From an uncultured Candidatus Rokubacteria bacterium (GTDB lineage: Bacteria; Methylomirabilota; Methylomirabilia; Rokubacteriales; DASRDR01): a stretch of 64,000 nucleotides of DNA. Shown here piece by piece: positions 46,187 through 55,732 of the stretch (positions are counted from its first letter, which is position 1; each line of letters opens with the position of its first letter). A program made the translations under genes and the position numbers. The stretch lies in the NCBI GenBank assembly GCA_963826115.1, contig CAWGVS010000010.1:448001-512000 (forward strand). Direction: 5' to 3'. The notes beneath the pieces are model-generated. The model made no database searches. It saw nothing but the letters and a program-made list of their open reading frames with translations, and was not told where the DNA came from.

Positions 46187-46438
46187 CTACGCCCCGTCGA
46201 GCCCGAGGACCTGGACCAGGCGGGGGCGGTTGAAGCCCTGCACGACCTCGTCGCCGACGACGATCACGGGCACGGCGAGCTGTCCCGTGTGGCGGATCAG
46301 CGCCTCCCGTCCCTCCTCGTCCTCCGCGACGTTGACCTCCTGGAAGGCCACGCCCTTCGAGGTGAGGAAGGCCTTGGCCGCCTTGCACGGGCTGCAGGTC
46401 GGGGTGCTGTAGACCACCACGGGTCGGTCGGTCGCCAC
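46187..46438 (-). CDS. glutaredoxin/NrdH-like redoxin
   Basis: GGAGGG RBS, GTG 46438; VYSTPTCSPC, VPV and GF motifs. Confidence 0.85.
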   Translation of the reverse strand: MATDRPVVVYSTPTCSPCKAAKAFLTSKGVAFQEVNVAEDEEGREALIRHTGQLAVPVIVVGDEVVQGFNRPRLVQVLGLDGA

Positions 46439-46640
46439 GGTCCCCTCCGTTCCAGTCACGGTGCGCGCCCACCGGCGCACCAGGTCACGCCGTCGAACCC
46501 AGTATACCCGACCGATCTACCGGGCCGGCCCGGGTCGAGGTCGGCGACCCCCTGACGGTTGATGGCGCGGTGCGCGGTGACCGGGCTGGCGACGCCGGAG
46601 ATTGCCCCGGCCCGCCGGCCAAGCGGGCGCCTGTCTCGCC

Positions 46641-46886
46641 TCAGCCACCCGCGATCGCGGGCAACAGGAACACCTCGCTGTCCGTGCCAATGGCCTCGAA
46701 CAGGGCGTCCTGGTAGATCTGGCCATCGATGGCCACTGCGACGCCGCTCTCGAGGTGAGGGGCGAGCGCCGGGTGGAGCTCGCCGAGCTGCCGGAAGAGC
46801 TGCTGCACGGACCGCGCGGGCAGGTGGAACTCGGCGACCCCCCCGGTCACCTGCGTGAGGTTGCCGACGAGGACCACCCGCGCCAT
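46641..46886 (-). CDS. MoaD/ThiS-family sulfur carrier
   Basis: 81 aa; VAIDG; C-terminal IAGG. Confidence 0.88.
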   Translation of the reverse strand: MARVVLVGNLTQVTGGVAEFHLPARSVQQLFRQLGELHPALAPHLESGVAVAIDGQIYQDALFEAIGTDSEVFLLPAIAGG

Positions 46887-46892
46887 GCGCGG

Positions 46893-49184
46893 CTAGACCT
46901 TGTTGAGCCCCCGCTCCTTCAGCGCCTTGAGCACCTTGGGCGGCGACATCGGCAGCTCGGTGAAGCGGATGCCGGTCGCCTGCTCCATCGCGTTGGCGAT
47001 GGCCCCGAGCGGCGGGACGATGGGCGTCTCGCCCACTCCCCGAACGCCGTGGGGATGCTTCGGATTTGGCACCTCCACGACGATCGCGTCGATCATCGGG
47101 ACATCCGAGGCCACCGGCATGCGGTAGTCGAGGAAGCCTGCGTTCTGGAGCTTGCCATCGGCGCCGTAGACGTACTCCTCGTTGAGCGCCCAGCCGATGC
47201 CCTGAACGGCGCCACCCTGCAACTGCCCCTCGACGTACGCGGGATGGAGCGCCTTGCCGGCGTCCTGGGCCACCGTGTACCGGAGGATGGTCACGCGGCC
47301 GGTCTCCGGGTCGACCTCGAGGTCGACCAGGTGCGTGCCGAGGCTCGGGCCCGCGCCCTGGGCGTTGATGCGCCCGTAGCCGCCGATCGGCCCGCCCGTC
47401 TTGCCGGCCGCCTTGGCGAAGTCGGCGAGCGATAGGGGCTTGACCTTCTCGGCGAGCGCGCCGAGCGGTCGCACGTGGCCGTCCTGGAACTCAACCTGCT
47501 CCGGCTTGGCCTCCCACAGCTTGCAGGCCCGGGCGCAGAGGTCGGCCCGGATCTGCTTGGCGGCCTCGACGATGGCCATCGAGCCCGAGAAGGCCGAGCG
47601 GCTCCCGCCCGTGAGGAACGTGAAGCCGAGCGAGCCGGTGTCGCCGATGATCGGCCGCACCTTTTCGTACGGGATCCCCAGCTCGTCGGCGGCCACCGAG
47701 GCCAAGGACGCGCGCAGACCGCCGATGTCGGGGGTGCCGGCCATGAGCGAGACCGTCCCGTCCTCGTTCACGGTGAGCGACGCGCAGGTCTCGCCGCCGA
47801 TGTTGAACCAGAAGCCGGAGGCGACCCCGCGCCCCTGCCACTTCCGGAGCGGCGTGTTCCAGTGCTCGGTCTTCTTGATGGAGTTGAGCGTCTCCTCGAG
47901 GCCGAGCGGCCCGAACGTCGGGCCGTAGGCGGCCTTGGTGCCCTCGCGGGCGGCGTTCATCATGCGGAGCTCGATCGGGTCCAGCTTGAGCTTCTTGGCG
48001 ATCTCGTCCACCACGCTCTCGACGGCGAACTCCGAGATGGGGGCGCCCGGCGCGCGGTACGCCGCGACCTTCGGGCGGTTGGAGACGACGTCGTAGCCGA
48101 TGACGTTGACGTTCGGGATGTCGTACGGCGCGTAGGCGCAGAAGACGCCGGGCTGGACCGGCGAGCCCTGGAAGGCGCCGGCCTGGTACTTGAGCTCGGC
48201 GAAGCCCGCCACGAACCGGCCGTCCTTCGTCGCGCCCATCTTCACCCGCACGACGGCGCCCGAGGTCGGCCCGCTGGCCTTGAAGACCTCCTCGCGGGAC
48301 ATGACCAGCTTCACCGGGCGCTTGGCCTTTCGGGAGAGCGCGATGGCCAGGGGCTCCAGGTACACGACCGTCTTGCCGCCGAATCCGCCGCCGATCTCGG
48401 TGGCGGTGACCCGGACCTTCGCGATGTCGAGGCCGAGGAGCCGCGCGCAGTGGGCGCGCACGATGAAGTGGCCCTGGGTGCAGCACCACAGCTCGGTCGA
48501 GCCGTCCTCCGACACGCTGGCGAGCGCGGCGTGGGGCTCGATGTAGCCCTGGTGGACGGGGGCGGTCTTGAACTCCCGCTCGACGATGACGTCCGCCTGC
48601 TTGAAGCCGGCCTCGACGTCGCCGTGCTTGATCTCGATCCGCTTGGCGACGTTGGAGGGCCGGTCGGGCTTCGGCTCGACGCCGACCGTGAACATGTCGT
48701 CGTGCAGGACGGGAGCGCCCGGGCGCATCGCCTCGATCACGTCGATGACGTGCGGGAGCACCTCGTACCGGACGTCGATCAGCTTGAGGGCTCGCTTGGC
48801 AACCGCCGCACTGGTGGCGGCGACGGCGGCGACCGCGTGACCCTCGTAGAGCGCCTTCTCGCGGGCCATCACGTTCCGGACGACGTCCTTGTAGTTCATC
48901 ATCATCTCGCCGGCGGGGATGAACTCCGACGGCTGGTCCCCGAAGTCGTCGCGCGTGACGACGGCCTTGACGCCGGGCAGGGCCTCGGCCTTCGACGTGT
49001 CGATCGAGAGGATGCGCGCGTGCGGGTGGGGGCTCCGCAGCACGCGGCCGATGAGCTGGCCGGGCAGGCTGAAGTCGGCGCCGAAGCGCGCGCGGCCCGT
49101 CACCTTGTCGATGCCGTCCGGGCGGATGGTGCGCGTCCCGACGTAGCCCTGCCCGTTGGTCCCGTTCGTGCTCTTGTCAGCCAT
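46893..49184 (-). CDS. xanthine dehydrogenase-family molybdopterin-binding large subunit
   Basis: ATG 49184; DKVTGRARF, LRSPHPHA, IGGGFGGK, active-site loop AYRAPG, EGQLQGG.VQG and GVGE. Confidence 0.92.
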   Translation of the reverse strand: MADKSTNGTNGQGYVGTRTIRPDGIDKVTGRARFGADFSLPGQLIGRVLRSPHPHARILSIDTSKAEALPGVKAVVTRDDFGDQPSEFIPAGEMMMNYKDVVRNVMAREKALYEGHAVAAVAATSAAVAKRALKLIDVRYEVLPHVIDVIEAMRPGAPVLHDDMFTVGVEPKPDRPSNVAKRIEIKHGDVEAGFKQADVIVEREFKTAPVHQGYIEPHAALASVSEDGSTELWCCTQGHFIVRAHCARLLGLDIAKVRVTATEIGGGFGGKTVVYLEPLAIALSRKAKRPVKLVMSREEVFKASGPTSGAVVRVKMGATKDGRFVAGFAELKYQAGAFQGSPVQPGVFCAYAPYDIPNVNVIGYDVVSNRPKVAAYRAPGAPISEFAVESVVDEIAKKLKLDPIELRMMNAAREGTKAAYGPTFGPLGLEETLNSIKKTEHWNTPLRKWQGRGVASGFWFNIGGETCASLTVNEDGTVSLMAGTPDIGGLRASLASVAADELGIPYEKVRPIIGDTGSLGFTFLTGGSRSAFSGSMAIVEAAKQIRADLCARACKLWEAKPEQVEFQDGHVRPLGALAEKVKPLSLADFAKAAGKTGGPIGGYGRINAQGAGPSLGTHLVDLEVDPETGRVTILRYTVAQDAGKALHPAYVEGQLQGGAVQGIGWALNEEYVYGADGKLQNAGFLDYRMPVASDVPMIDAIVVEVPNPKHPHGVRGVGETPIVPPLGAIANAMEQATGIRFTELPMSPPKVLKALKERGLNKV

Positions 49185-49186
49185 GG

Positions 49187-49663
49187 CTATCCCTCTCTCA
49201 GCGCGACCGCCGCGTCCTTCATGGCGCTGACGATCTTGTCGTAGCCGGTGCAGCGGCAGAGGTTGCCGGCGAGCCAGTAGCGGATCTCCGTGTCGGTCGG
49301 GTCCGGGTTTCGCTCGAGCAGCGCCTTGCCGGCCACGATGAACCCCGGCGTGCAGATGCCGCACTGGAGCGCGGCGTGCTCCAGGAACTTCTGCTGGAGC
49401 GGATGGAGCGCCTGGCCCTTCGCCACGCCCTCGATCGTTTCCACGCGGCGCCCGCCCACCTCGCATCCCAGCACGAGGCAGGAGCAGACCAGCCGGCCGT
49501 CCAGCATCACGCTGCAGGCGCCGCAGTCGCCGGACGCGCAGCCTTCCTTGCTGCCGGTCAGGCTGAGCGTGTCGCGGAGGACGTCGAGCAGCGTCTCCTC
49601 CGTGTCGCAGAGAAACTCGACCGCGTCGCCGTTCACCGTTGCTTCGATGTGGTGCTTGGCCAT
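49187..49663 (-). CDS. (2Fe-2S) small subunit (CoxS/XdhC-like)
   Basis: ATG 49663; KEGC..GDCGAC, QCGICTPG and GNLCRCTGY. Confidence 0.92.
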   Translation of the reverse strand: MAKHHIEATVNGDAVEFLCDTEETLLDVLRDTLSLTGSKEGCASGDCGACSVMLDGRLVCSCLVLGCEVGGRRVETIEGVAKGQALHPLQQKFLEHAALQCGICTPGFIVAGKALLERNPDPTDTEIRYWLAGNLCRCTGYDKIVSAMKDAAVALREG

Positions 49664-50523
49664 CAGTGGGTCCTCGCTCGGTCCAGGGCGATCAGGGCGA
49701 CCCGGCGGGCGAGTACCGCCGCCACGTCGGTGCGGAACTCGATGGTGCCGCGCTTGTCGTCGATCGGACGGCATGCCGCCCGCGCCGCCGCCTCGAGCCG
49801 CTCCAGCGCCGGGTGGTCGAGCCGGCTGCCGATGATGGCCTGCGCGGCGTCCGACACCAGCAGGACTCGCGCAGCGACCGCGCACAGGCTGACCCGCGCC
49901 GCCGCGATGGCGCCGCCGGCGTCGAGGCTCAGACTGACCCCCGCGCCGACCACGGCGATGTCCATCTCGGTCCGCGGGATGAAGCGGAGGTACGCGTCGC
50001 CGGACCGCGGGGGCCGGGGCGGCAGGAGGAACGAGACGACGATCTCGCCCTTCGTGAGCGCCAGCTTGCGGGGGCCGAGCATCACGTCCTCGACGGGCAG
50101 GTCGCGCCGGCCCTTGGGGCCGACCAGGGTGGCCGTCGCGCCGGCCGCGATGAGCGCCGGTACGCTGTCGGCGGCCGGCGAGCCGTTGCAGAGGTTCCCG
50201 CCCAGGGTGGCGCGCCCCTGCACCTGGGTGGAGCCGATCAGGTTGGCGGCCTCGACGACGCCGGGCCACACCTTCTTCAGGTGGGGGTGCTCCTTCAGTT
50301 CCGCCCCCGTCACCGCGGCCCCGATCCGCCAGCCGCCCTTCTCCTCGGTGACCGTCCGTGTCTCCGGGATCCGCTTGATGTCCACGATCAGCTCGGGGTC
50401 CACGACGTCGGCGCGGATCTGCACCAGGAGGTCGGTCCCCCCGGCGAGCACCCTCGCCTCGCCCTTGGCCCCTGCCAGGAGGGCAACCGCTCCCTCCAGC
50501 GACTCCGGCGCCTCATATCGCAT
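49663..50523 (-). CDS. FAD-binding medium subunit (CoxM-like)
   Basis: AGGAG RBS, ATG 50523; LAGGTDL, ATLGGNLCNGSPAAD and PIDDKRG. Confidence 0.9.
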   Translation of the reverse strand: MRYEAPESLEGAVALLAGAKGEARVLAGGTDLLVQIRADVVDPELIVDIKRIPETRTVTEEKGGWRIGAAVTGAELKEHPHLKKVWPGVVEAANLIGSTQVQGRATLGGNLCNGSPAADSVPALIAAGATATLVGPKGRRDLPVEDVMLGPRKLALTKGEIVVSFLLPPRPPRSGDAYLRFIPRTEMDIAVVGAGVSLSLDAGGAIAAARVSLCAVAARVLLVSDAAQAIIGSRLDHPALERLEAAARAACRPIDDKRGTIEFRTDVAAVLARRVALIALDRARTH

Positions 50524-50623
50524 CGTGTCTGGTCTCCTCCGTGAGCTTGGCTCCGTCGGACATGATACCAACGTCGGCGGCAGATTGCGTGGGCCCGAGA
50601 CTCCGCGCGCGCAGCGCGTCCCG

Positions 50624-50753
50624 GATATCGCCGGCGCGCCGTTCAACCGATTCCAGCGGCCGGAGCGCTTCGGATCTACGAGGGGTGCCCAAGGGGATGG
50701 TCACCACCCACCACGAGACGATCGACACGGACCTGCTGGCGCTTCTCCGCTCC
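50624..50753 (+). pseudogene. decayed fragment resembling a non-heme haloperoxidase (alpha/beta hydrolase) C-terminus
   Basis: Out-of-frame pieces DIAGAPFNRFQRP, LRIYEG and GMVTTHHETIDTDLLALLRS resemble the family's C-terminal motifs as I recall them. Confidence 0.35.
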
Positions 50754-50790
50754 GAGGCCTTGCCGGCGTCGCGCCGGCCGCGCGGCGCGC

Positions 50791-51660
50791 TCAGACGCGA
50801 GGGTCAGCGGGCGGCGCCGGCGGCGCCTCGTCCTCCGCGTGGACGTAGGCCCACCCGAACCGCCCCTTCACGCAGAGGTTGCCGCGCGTGACGTCGTGGT
50901 CGAACGGCGAGGTGACCTTGACGATGCGGTTGTCCTGGACGTGGAGCGTGAGGACGCACCCGACGCCGCAGTAGGGGCAGACGGTGTCGGTGCGCGTCTG
51001 AGCATCCTCGTTCCAGCGCGCCGCCTGGCGGAGGTCGAACTCGGCCCGCCCGACGAGCGCGCCGGTCGGGCACACCGCGATGCAGTTCCCGCAGTAGACG
51101 CAGGCCGAGTCGGGGAGCGGCGTCTCGTACTCGGTGGCGATCCGCGCGCCGAACCCGCGGCCGGCGACCGCGATCGCGAACGTGTTCTGCCACTCGAAGC
51201 CGCAGGCCTGGACGCACTTGTAGCAGAGGATGCACTTCGCGTAGTCCCGGACGTAGGCCTCGTTGTCGAGCGTTGGCGGAGCCGCCACGGTGCGCCCGCC
51301 GGCGAACCGCTCCGGATGGCCGTCGTAGCGCCGGAGGTAGGCCTGGAGGGTCGGCGCCGTCGACACGTCGACGGAGGAGGCCAGGAGCTCGAGGACCACC
51401 TTCCGGGAGTGGCGCACCCGCTCGCTGTCGGTCCGGATGCGCATGCCGGCCTCGACCCGGCGCTGGCACGCGGGGACGAGGACCCGCGCGCCCTCCAGCT
51501 CGACCACGCACACCCGGCAGGCGTTCTGCGGGATCAGCGTCTGGCCCCAGCAGAGCGTCGGGGTGTCGATGCCGAGCTGGTCGCAGGCGCCGAGGACGGT
51601 CGTCCCCGCGGGCACGCTGACCTCGCGCCCGTCGATCGTCAGCGTGATCGCGTCGGTCAT
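50791..51660 (-). CDS. Fe-S subunit of NAD-linked FDH (NuoG/FdsA N-terminal module: 2Fe-2S, 2x4Fe-4S, Mo-proximal 4Fe-4S)
   Basis: ATG 51660; PTLC..NACRVC..VPAC, CILCYKCVQAC, CVYCGNCIAVCP and TVCPYCGVGC...LCVKG. Confidence 0.9.
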   Translation of the reverse strand: MTDAITLTIDGREVSVPAGTTVLGACDQLGIDTPTLCWGQTLIPQNACRVCVVELEGARVLVPACQRRVEAGMRIRTDSERVRHSRKVVLELLASSVDVSTAPTLQAYLRRYDGHPERFAGGRTVAAPPTLDNEAYVRDYAKCILCYKCVQACGFEWQNTFAIAVAGRGFGARIATEYETPLPDSACVYCGNCIAVCPTGALVGRAEFDLRQAARWNEDAQTRTDTVCPYCGVGCVLTLHVQDNRIVKVTSPFDHDVTRGNLCVKGRFGWAYVHAEDEAPPAPPADPRV

Positions 51661-53405
51661 GACGTCCGGAGGTGTCGGAGCCCCGACTGGACCATGCTGG
51701 CCGCGGTCTGGCCGAGCCCGCAGATCGAGGCGTCGCGCATCGCGAGGGCGACGTCGCCGAGCAGCCCCGAGACGTCCTCGCCGTCTGCGAGCCGGGCGAG
51801 GAGCTCCACCTGGCGCTGCGTGCCGATCCGGCACGGCACGCACTGCCCGCACGACTCGTGGGCGAAGAACTCGGCGCCACGGCGGATCAGGTCGAGGATG
51901 TCGGCGGTCTCGTCCAGGACCACGATCGCGCCGGAGCCCACGGTGGCGCCACGCGAACGGAGCCCCTCGGCCGTCAGGGGCAGGTCGAGGTCCGCCGCGT
52001 CCAGCATCGTCGCTGCCGCGCCGCCGCACTGGACCGCGCGCAGCCGGCGGCCCGGGCGGACGCCGCCCGCCAGATCGAGCAGCGCGCGGAGCGTCGTTCC
52101 GGACGGGATCTCGTAGACGCCGGGCTTCGTCACGTGGCCCGACACCGAGAAGAGCTTGGTGCCGGGCGAGTCCGGGGTGCCGAGGGCTTGGAAGGCGTCC
52201 GCGCCGTCGACCAGGATCCCCGGCACGCAGGCGAGCGTCTCGACGTTGTTGATGACGGTCGGCAGGCCGAAGAGACCGTGGTGGACGGGGAAGGGGGGCT
52301 TCGAGCGCGGCTCGCCGCGCTTCCCCTCGATCGAGTTGAGGAGCGCCGTCTCCTCGCCGCAGATGTAGGCGCCGGCGCCCCGCCGGAGCTCGAACGCGAG
52401 GCGGGTGTCGCCGCCCAGCGCCTCGCCGAAGGTGTTCCGCCGCGTCACCTCCTCGATGGCCCGGGCCAGACGCTCGTGCGCGTGGCGGTACTCGCCGCGG
52501 ACGTAGATGAACACCTGCTCGGCCCCGCACGTGTAGGCGGCGATCGCCGCGCCCTCGAGGACGGCATAGGGGTCCCACTCGAGGAGGATCCGGTCCTTGA
52601 AGGTGCCGGTCTCCGACTCGTCCGCGTTGACGACCACGTAGCGGGGCCGGGCGGGATGCCGGGCGACGGCCTCCCACTTCGTCGCGGCCGGGAAGGCCGC
52701 GCCGCCACGCCCCGACAGCCGGCTGGCCTTGAGCGCGGCCAGGACGCCGGCCGGCCCGAGCCGGCGCGCCACGCGGAGGCCCGCCAGGCCGCCGTGGGCC
52801 GCGTAGGCGTCGAGATCCCGCGCGTCCACGCCCGCGAGGACCCGTCGGAGCAGAGGCGCCGGCCCTGACGCGGCGACGTGCGGCCGCGGGGGCTCGCCGG
52901 CCGGCGGCGGGCCGTTCAGCCGGCGGCGCGCGGCGACGGCGCCCGCGAGAGATTCCGCCACGACCCCCGGATCGGTGGCGCGCACCGCGCGGCCGTCGAC
53001 CAGCGCGGCCGGCGCGAAGTCGCAGAGTCCGAGGCAGGGGCTCGGCTCCCAGACCGCGTCGTTCCGCGAGGAGCCCGGCGCGCCGAGGCGGCGGCGCAGC
53101 GCGGCGATGCCCTCGACGGCGCCCGCGAGGCGGCACGGCACGTCGTCGCAGACGTAGGCGACGGTCGGCGGCCTCGGCGTGGTGGAGAACATCGCGTAGA
53201 AGCTCGCCACGCCGAACGCGACGGCGGGCGCCACCTCGATCCGCCTGGTGACCTCGTCGAGCCCCGGGCGCGAGATCCAGCCGACGTGGTCGTTGAGCGC
53301 GTGGAGCGCCGGCAGGAGCTGGTCGGGGGGCGCGCCTTCCGGGACGTCCGCGAGCGCCGCCAGCTCGGCCGGGCTCGGCGGCCCTCCACCCCGGTAGGCG
53401 TCCAT
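51657..53405 (-). CDS. fused NuoE-NuoF-like NAD(H)/FMN diaphorase subunit
   Basis: NuoE part: GVASFY, CDDVPC, CLGLC. NuoF part: GRGGAAFP, NADESE, GAGAYICGEETAL, INNVET, ESCGQCVPC. Confidence 0.92.
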   Translation of the reverse strand: MDAYRGGGPPSPAELAALADVPEGAPPDQLLPALHALNDHVGWISRPGLDEVTRRIEVAPAVAFGVASFYAMFSTTPRPPTVAYVCDDVPCRLAGAVEGIAALRRRLGAPGSSRNDAVWEPSPCLGLCDFAPAALVDGRAVRATDPGVVAESLAGAVAARRRLNGPPPAGEPPRPHVAASGPAPLLRRVLAGVDARDLDAYAAHGGLAGLRVARRLGPAGVLAALKASRLSGRGGAAFPAATKWEAVARHPARPRYVVVNADESETGTFKDRILLEWDPYAVLEGAAIAAYTCGAEQVFIYVRGEYRHAHERLARAIEEVTRRNTFGEALGGDTRLAFELRRGAGAYICGEETALLNSIEGKRGEPRSKPPFPVHHGLFGLPTVINNVETLACVPGILVDGADAFQALGTPDSPGTKLFSVSGHVTKPGVYEIPSGTTLRALLDLAGGVRPGRRLRAVQCGGAAATMLDAADLDLPLTAEGLRSRGATVGSGAIVVLDETADILDLIRRGAEFFAHESCGQCVPCRIGTQRQVELLARLADGEDVSGLLGDVALAMRDASICGLGQTAASMVQSGLRHLRTS

Positions 53406-53418
53406 CAGTGGGTGAGGC

Positions 53419-55344
53419 TCAACGGGCGGAGGCCGTCGCGACCTTCTCGACGCGCACCGCCGAGGCCTTGAACTCCGCGGTGCCCGAGAGCGGGTCCACC
53501 GCGTTGATCGTCAGGTGGTTCGTCGCGATCTGCTCGGGGAAGTGGAACGTCATGAACGCGAGCCCCGCCCGCACGCCGTCGTCGGTGCGGACGCCCACCT
53601 CGACCTGGCCGCGGCGCGAGCGCACCCTCACGCGCTCGCCGTCGACCAGGCCCATCGCCGCCATGTCATCGGCGCTCAGGAGGAGAGCCTCCTCCGAGCG
53701 GAGCGGGGTGGAGTAGCGGTTCGACTGCTCGCCCGTGTTGAAGGAGTCGAGCCGCCGCCCGGTCGTCAGCAGCAGCGGGTACTCGGCGTCCACCACGTCG
53801 ACCGGCGGATCGTGGACGACGGCCTTGAAGGGCGCCCGCTCGCCCTCGCACGGCGTCTTCCAGAGACGCGCGTGGAGAAACTGCTCGCCGGGATGGCTCT
53901 CGTCCCAGCACGGCCACCGGAGCCCGCTGCCGGTCTCGAGGCGCTCGTAGGTCATCCCGCGGTGGATCGGGGAGAGGGCCCGCAGCTCGTCCCAGATCTC
54001 CCGCGCCGTCTGGGGCTGCCACCAGGCCGCGCCGAGGCGGCGCGCGACGTCCTGCACGACCTCGAGGTCGTCGCGGGCTCCCGGCGGCGGCTCGAGCGCC
54101 TTGCGGCAGCGCTGGACGCGGCGGTCGCTCGCCGTGACCGTGCCCTCGGTCTCGCACCAGCCCGCCGCCGCCGGCAGGACGACGTGCGCCAGCTGCGCCG
54201 TCCGCGTGAGGAACAGGTCCTCGACGACCAGGCAGTCGAGCCGGCCGAGCGCCTTCTCCACGTGGTGGGTGTCCGCGTCCGAGATCGCCGGGTTCTCCCC
54301 GATGACATAGAGGGCGTGGAGCGTGCCCTCGCCGGCGGCGTCGAGCATCTCCGTCACGTTCATGCCGCGCGACGACGGGAGGCGCACGCCCCAGCGCGCC
54401 TCGAACGGCCGCCGCTTCTCGGGGTCGAAGACATCCTGGAAGCCGGGCAGGCGGAGCGGCACCGCGCCCATGTCGCCGCCGCCCTGGACGTTGTTCTGGC
54501 CCCGCAGCGGATTGAGCCCCGAGCCCAGCCGGCCGACGTGGCCGGTGAGGAGGGCCAGGTTGATGAGCGCGTGGACGTTGTCGACCGCGTTGTGGTGCTC
54601 GGTGATCCCGAGCGTCCAGCAGATGATGGCGCGGTCGGCCGTCGCGTAGCGCCGGGCGACCCGCCGGATCTGCTCCGCGGGGACGCCGGTCTCGCGCTCC
54701 GCCCACTCCGGCGTGGTGACGTCCACCGACGCCCGGAACTCCGCGTAGCCGCGCGTGCCGTTCTGGACGAACCACGCGTGCTGGAGGCCCTCCGCGATGA
54801 TGACGTGCGCCATGGCGTTGGCGAGCGCGATGTCGGAGCCGACGCGGAGGGCGAGGTGCTCCTGGGCCCAGCGGGCGCTCGGGGTCCGGCGAGGGTCGAC
54901 GACCACCAGGTGAGCGCCGTTCCGCTGGCCCTTGAGCATGTGCTGGAACATGATCGGATGCGTCTCGCGGGCGTTCGAGCCCCACAGGACGAGCACGTCC
55001 GTCTGCTCCAGCTCCTCGTAGGACGAGGTGCCGCCGCCGGCACCGAACACGGCCGCCAGACCGGCGACCGAGGGGGCGTGTCAGGTCCGGTTACAGCTGT
55101 CGATGTTGTTCGTGCCGATCACGCCGCGCATGAACTTCTGCGCGGCGTAGTTCAGCTCGTTGGTGGTCTTCGAGCACGCGAACATGCCGACGGCGTCCGG
55201 CCCGTGGGCGGTCTTGGCGCGGGCGAGCCCGCGGGCCACGGCGTCGAGGGCGACGTCCCAGGTCGTCGGCCGGAGCGCGCCGTCGACGCGGATCAGGGGG
55301 GTGGTAAGACGGCCACGAAGCCCGGTCGACGCGTGCGTCGCCAT
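53419..55344 (-). CDS. fdhF: formate dehydrogenase catalytic subunit, selenocysteine-containing (UGA at 55083-55081)
   Basis: Continuous frame from ATG 55344: ...NNIDSCNRT-UGA-HAPSVAGL...; PLRGQNNVQG and EFKASAV. The UGA sits at the Sec/Cys ligand position and is followed by the catalytic His. Confidence 0.93.
55050..55070 (-). promoter_or_regulatory. bacterial SECIS hairpin
   Basis: mRNA CGGUCGCC-GGUCU-GGCGGCCG, an 8 bp stem with GU in the loop, starting 10 nt after the UGA; resembles the E. coli fdhF SECIS. Confidence 0.8.
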
Positions 55345-55531
55345 CAGACTCTCCTTGCCCTCGGGGGGCCGCCGCCCGCCCCCTGGTGAATCGACGTCCT
55401 CGCGAGCCTCTCGCACCTGGTGGCGCGGGGCTCGACCGGGTCCACCGGCCGGATTCGGCGAGCGCCTGGCGGTGGATCGTCGGCGCTCCCGGCCGGCCGG
55501 AGACGCCGCATGACATGTTACCAGGAGCGGC

Positions 55532-55715
55532 ATGCCACGACCCAGATGGCTGAGAAGGAGACATTCGCTCCTGCGTGACCCCCGGCCGCCGGCGGACGTT
55601 CTGCACCTACGACGCGGCTACCCCCGGGGCGGTCCGCCGCGCGGCCGACCGCAACAAGCTGGCCGTGGACCGGACCACCGAGGTCCGCGCGCTCGACCCC
55701 TACTTCTATCGCTGA
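55532..55715 (+). pseudogene. decayed DUF4242-like gene
   Basis: AGGAG RBS + MPR, then a broken frame. The C-terminal piece TFCTYDAATPGAVRRAADRNKLAVDRTTEVRALDPYFYR* resembles the DUF4242 C-terminus. Confidence 0.6.
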
Positions 55716-55732
55716 GGGCAGGGAGGACAGCC

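Noticed and set aside
46893-50523. Aerobic CO dehydrogenase (coxMSL)
   Set aside because: Lacks the AYXCSFR Cu-binding loop, and no coxDEFG accessory genes are present.
55081-55533. Separate 150-aa ORF, or an FDH pseudogene with a premature stop
   Set aside because: The stop is a UGA at the Sec ligand position followed by a SECIS-like hairpin; better explained as recoding.
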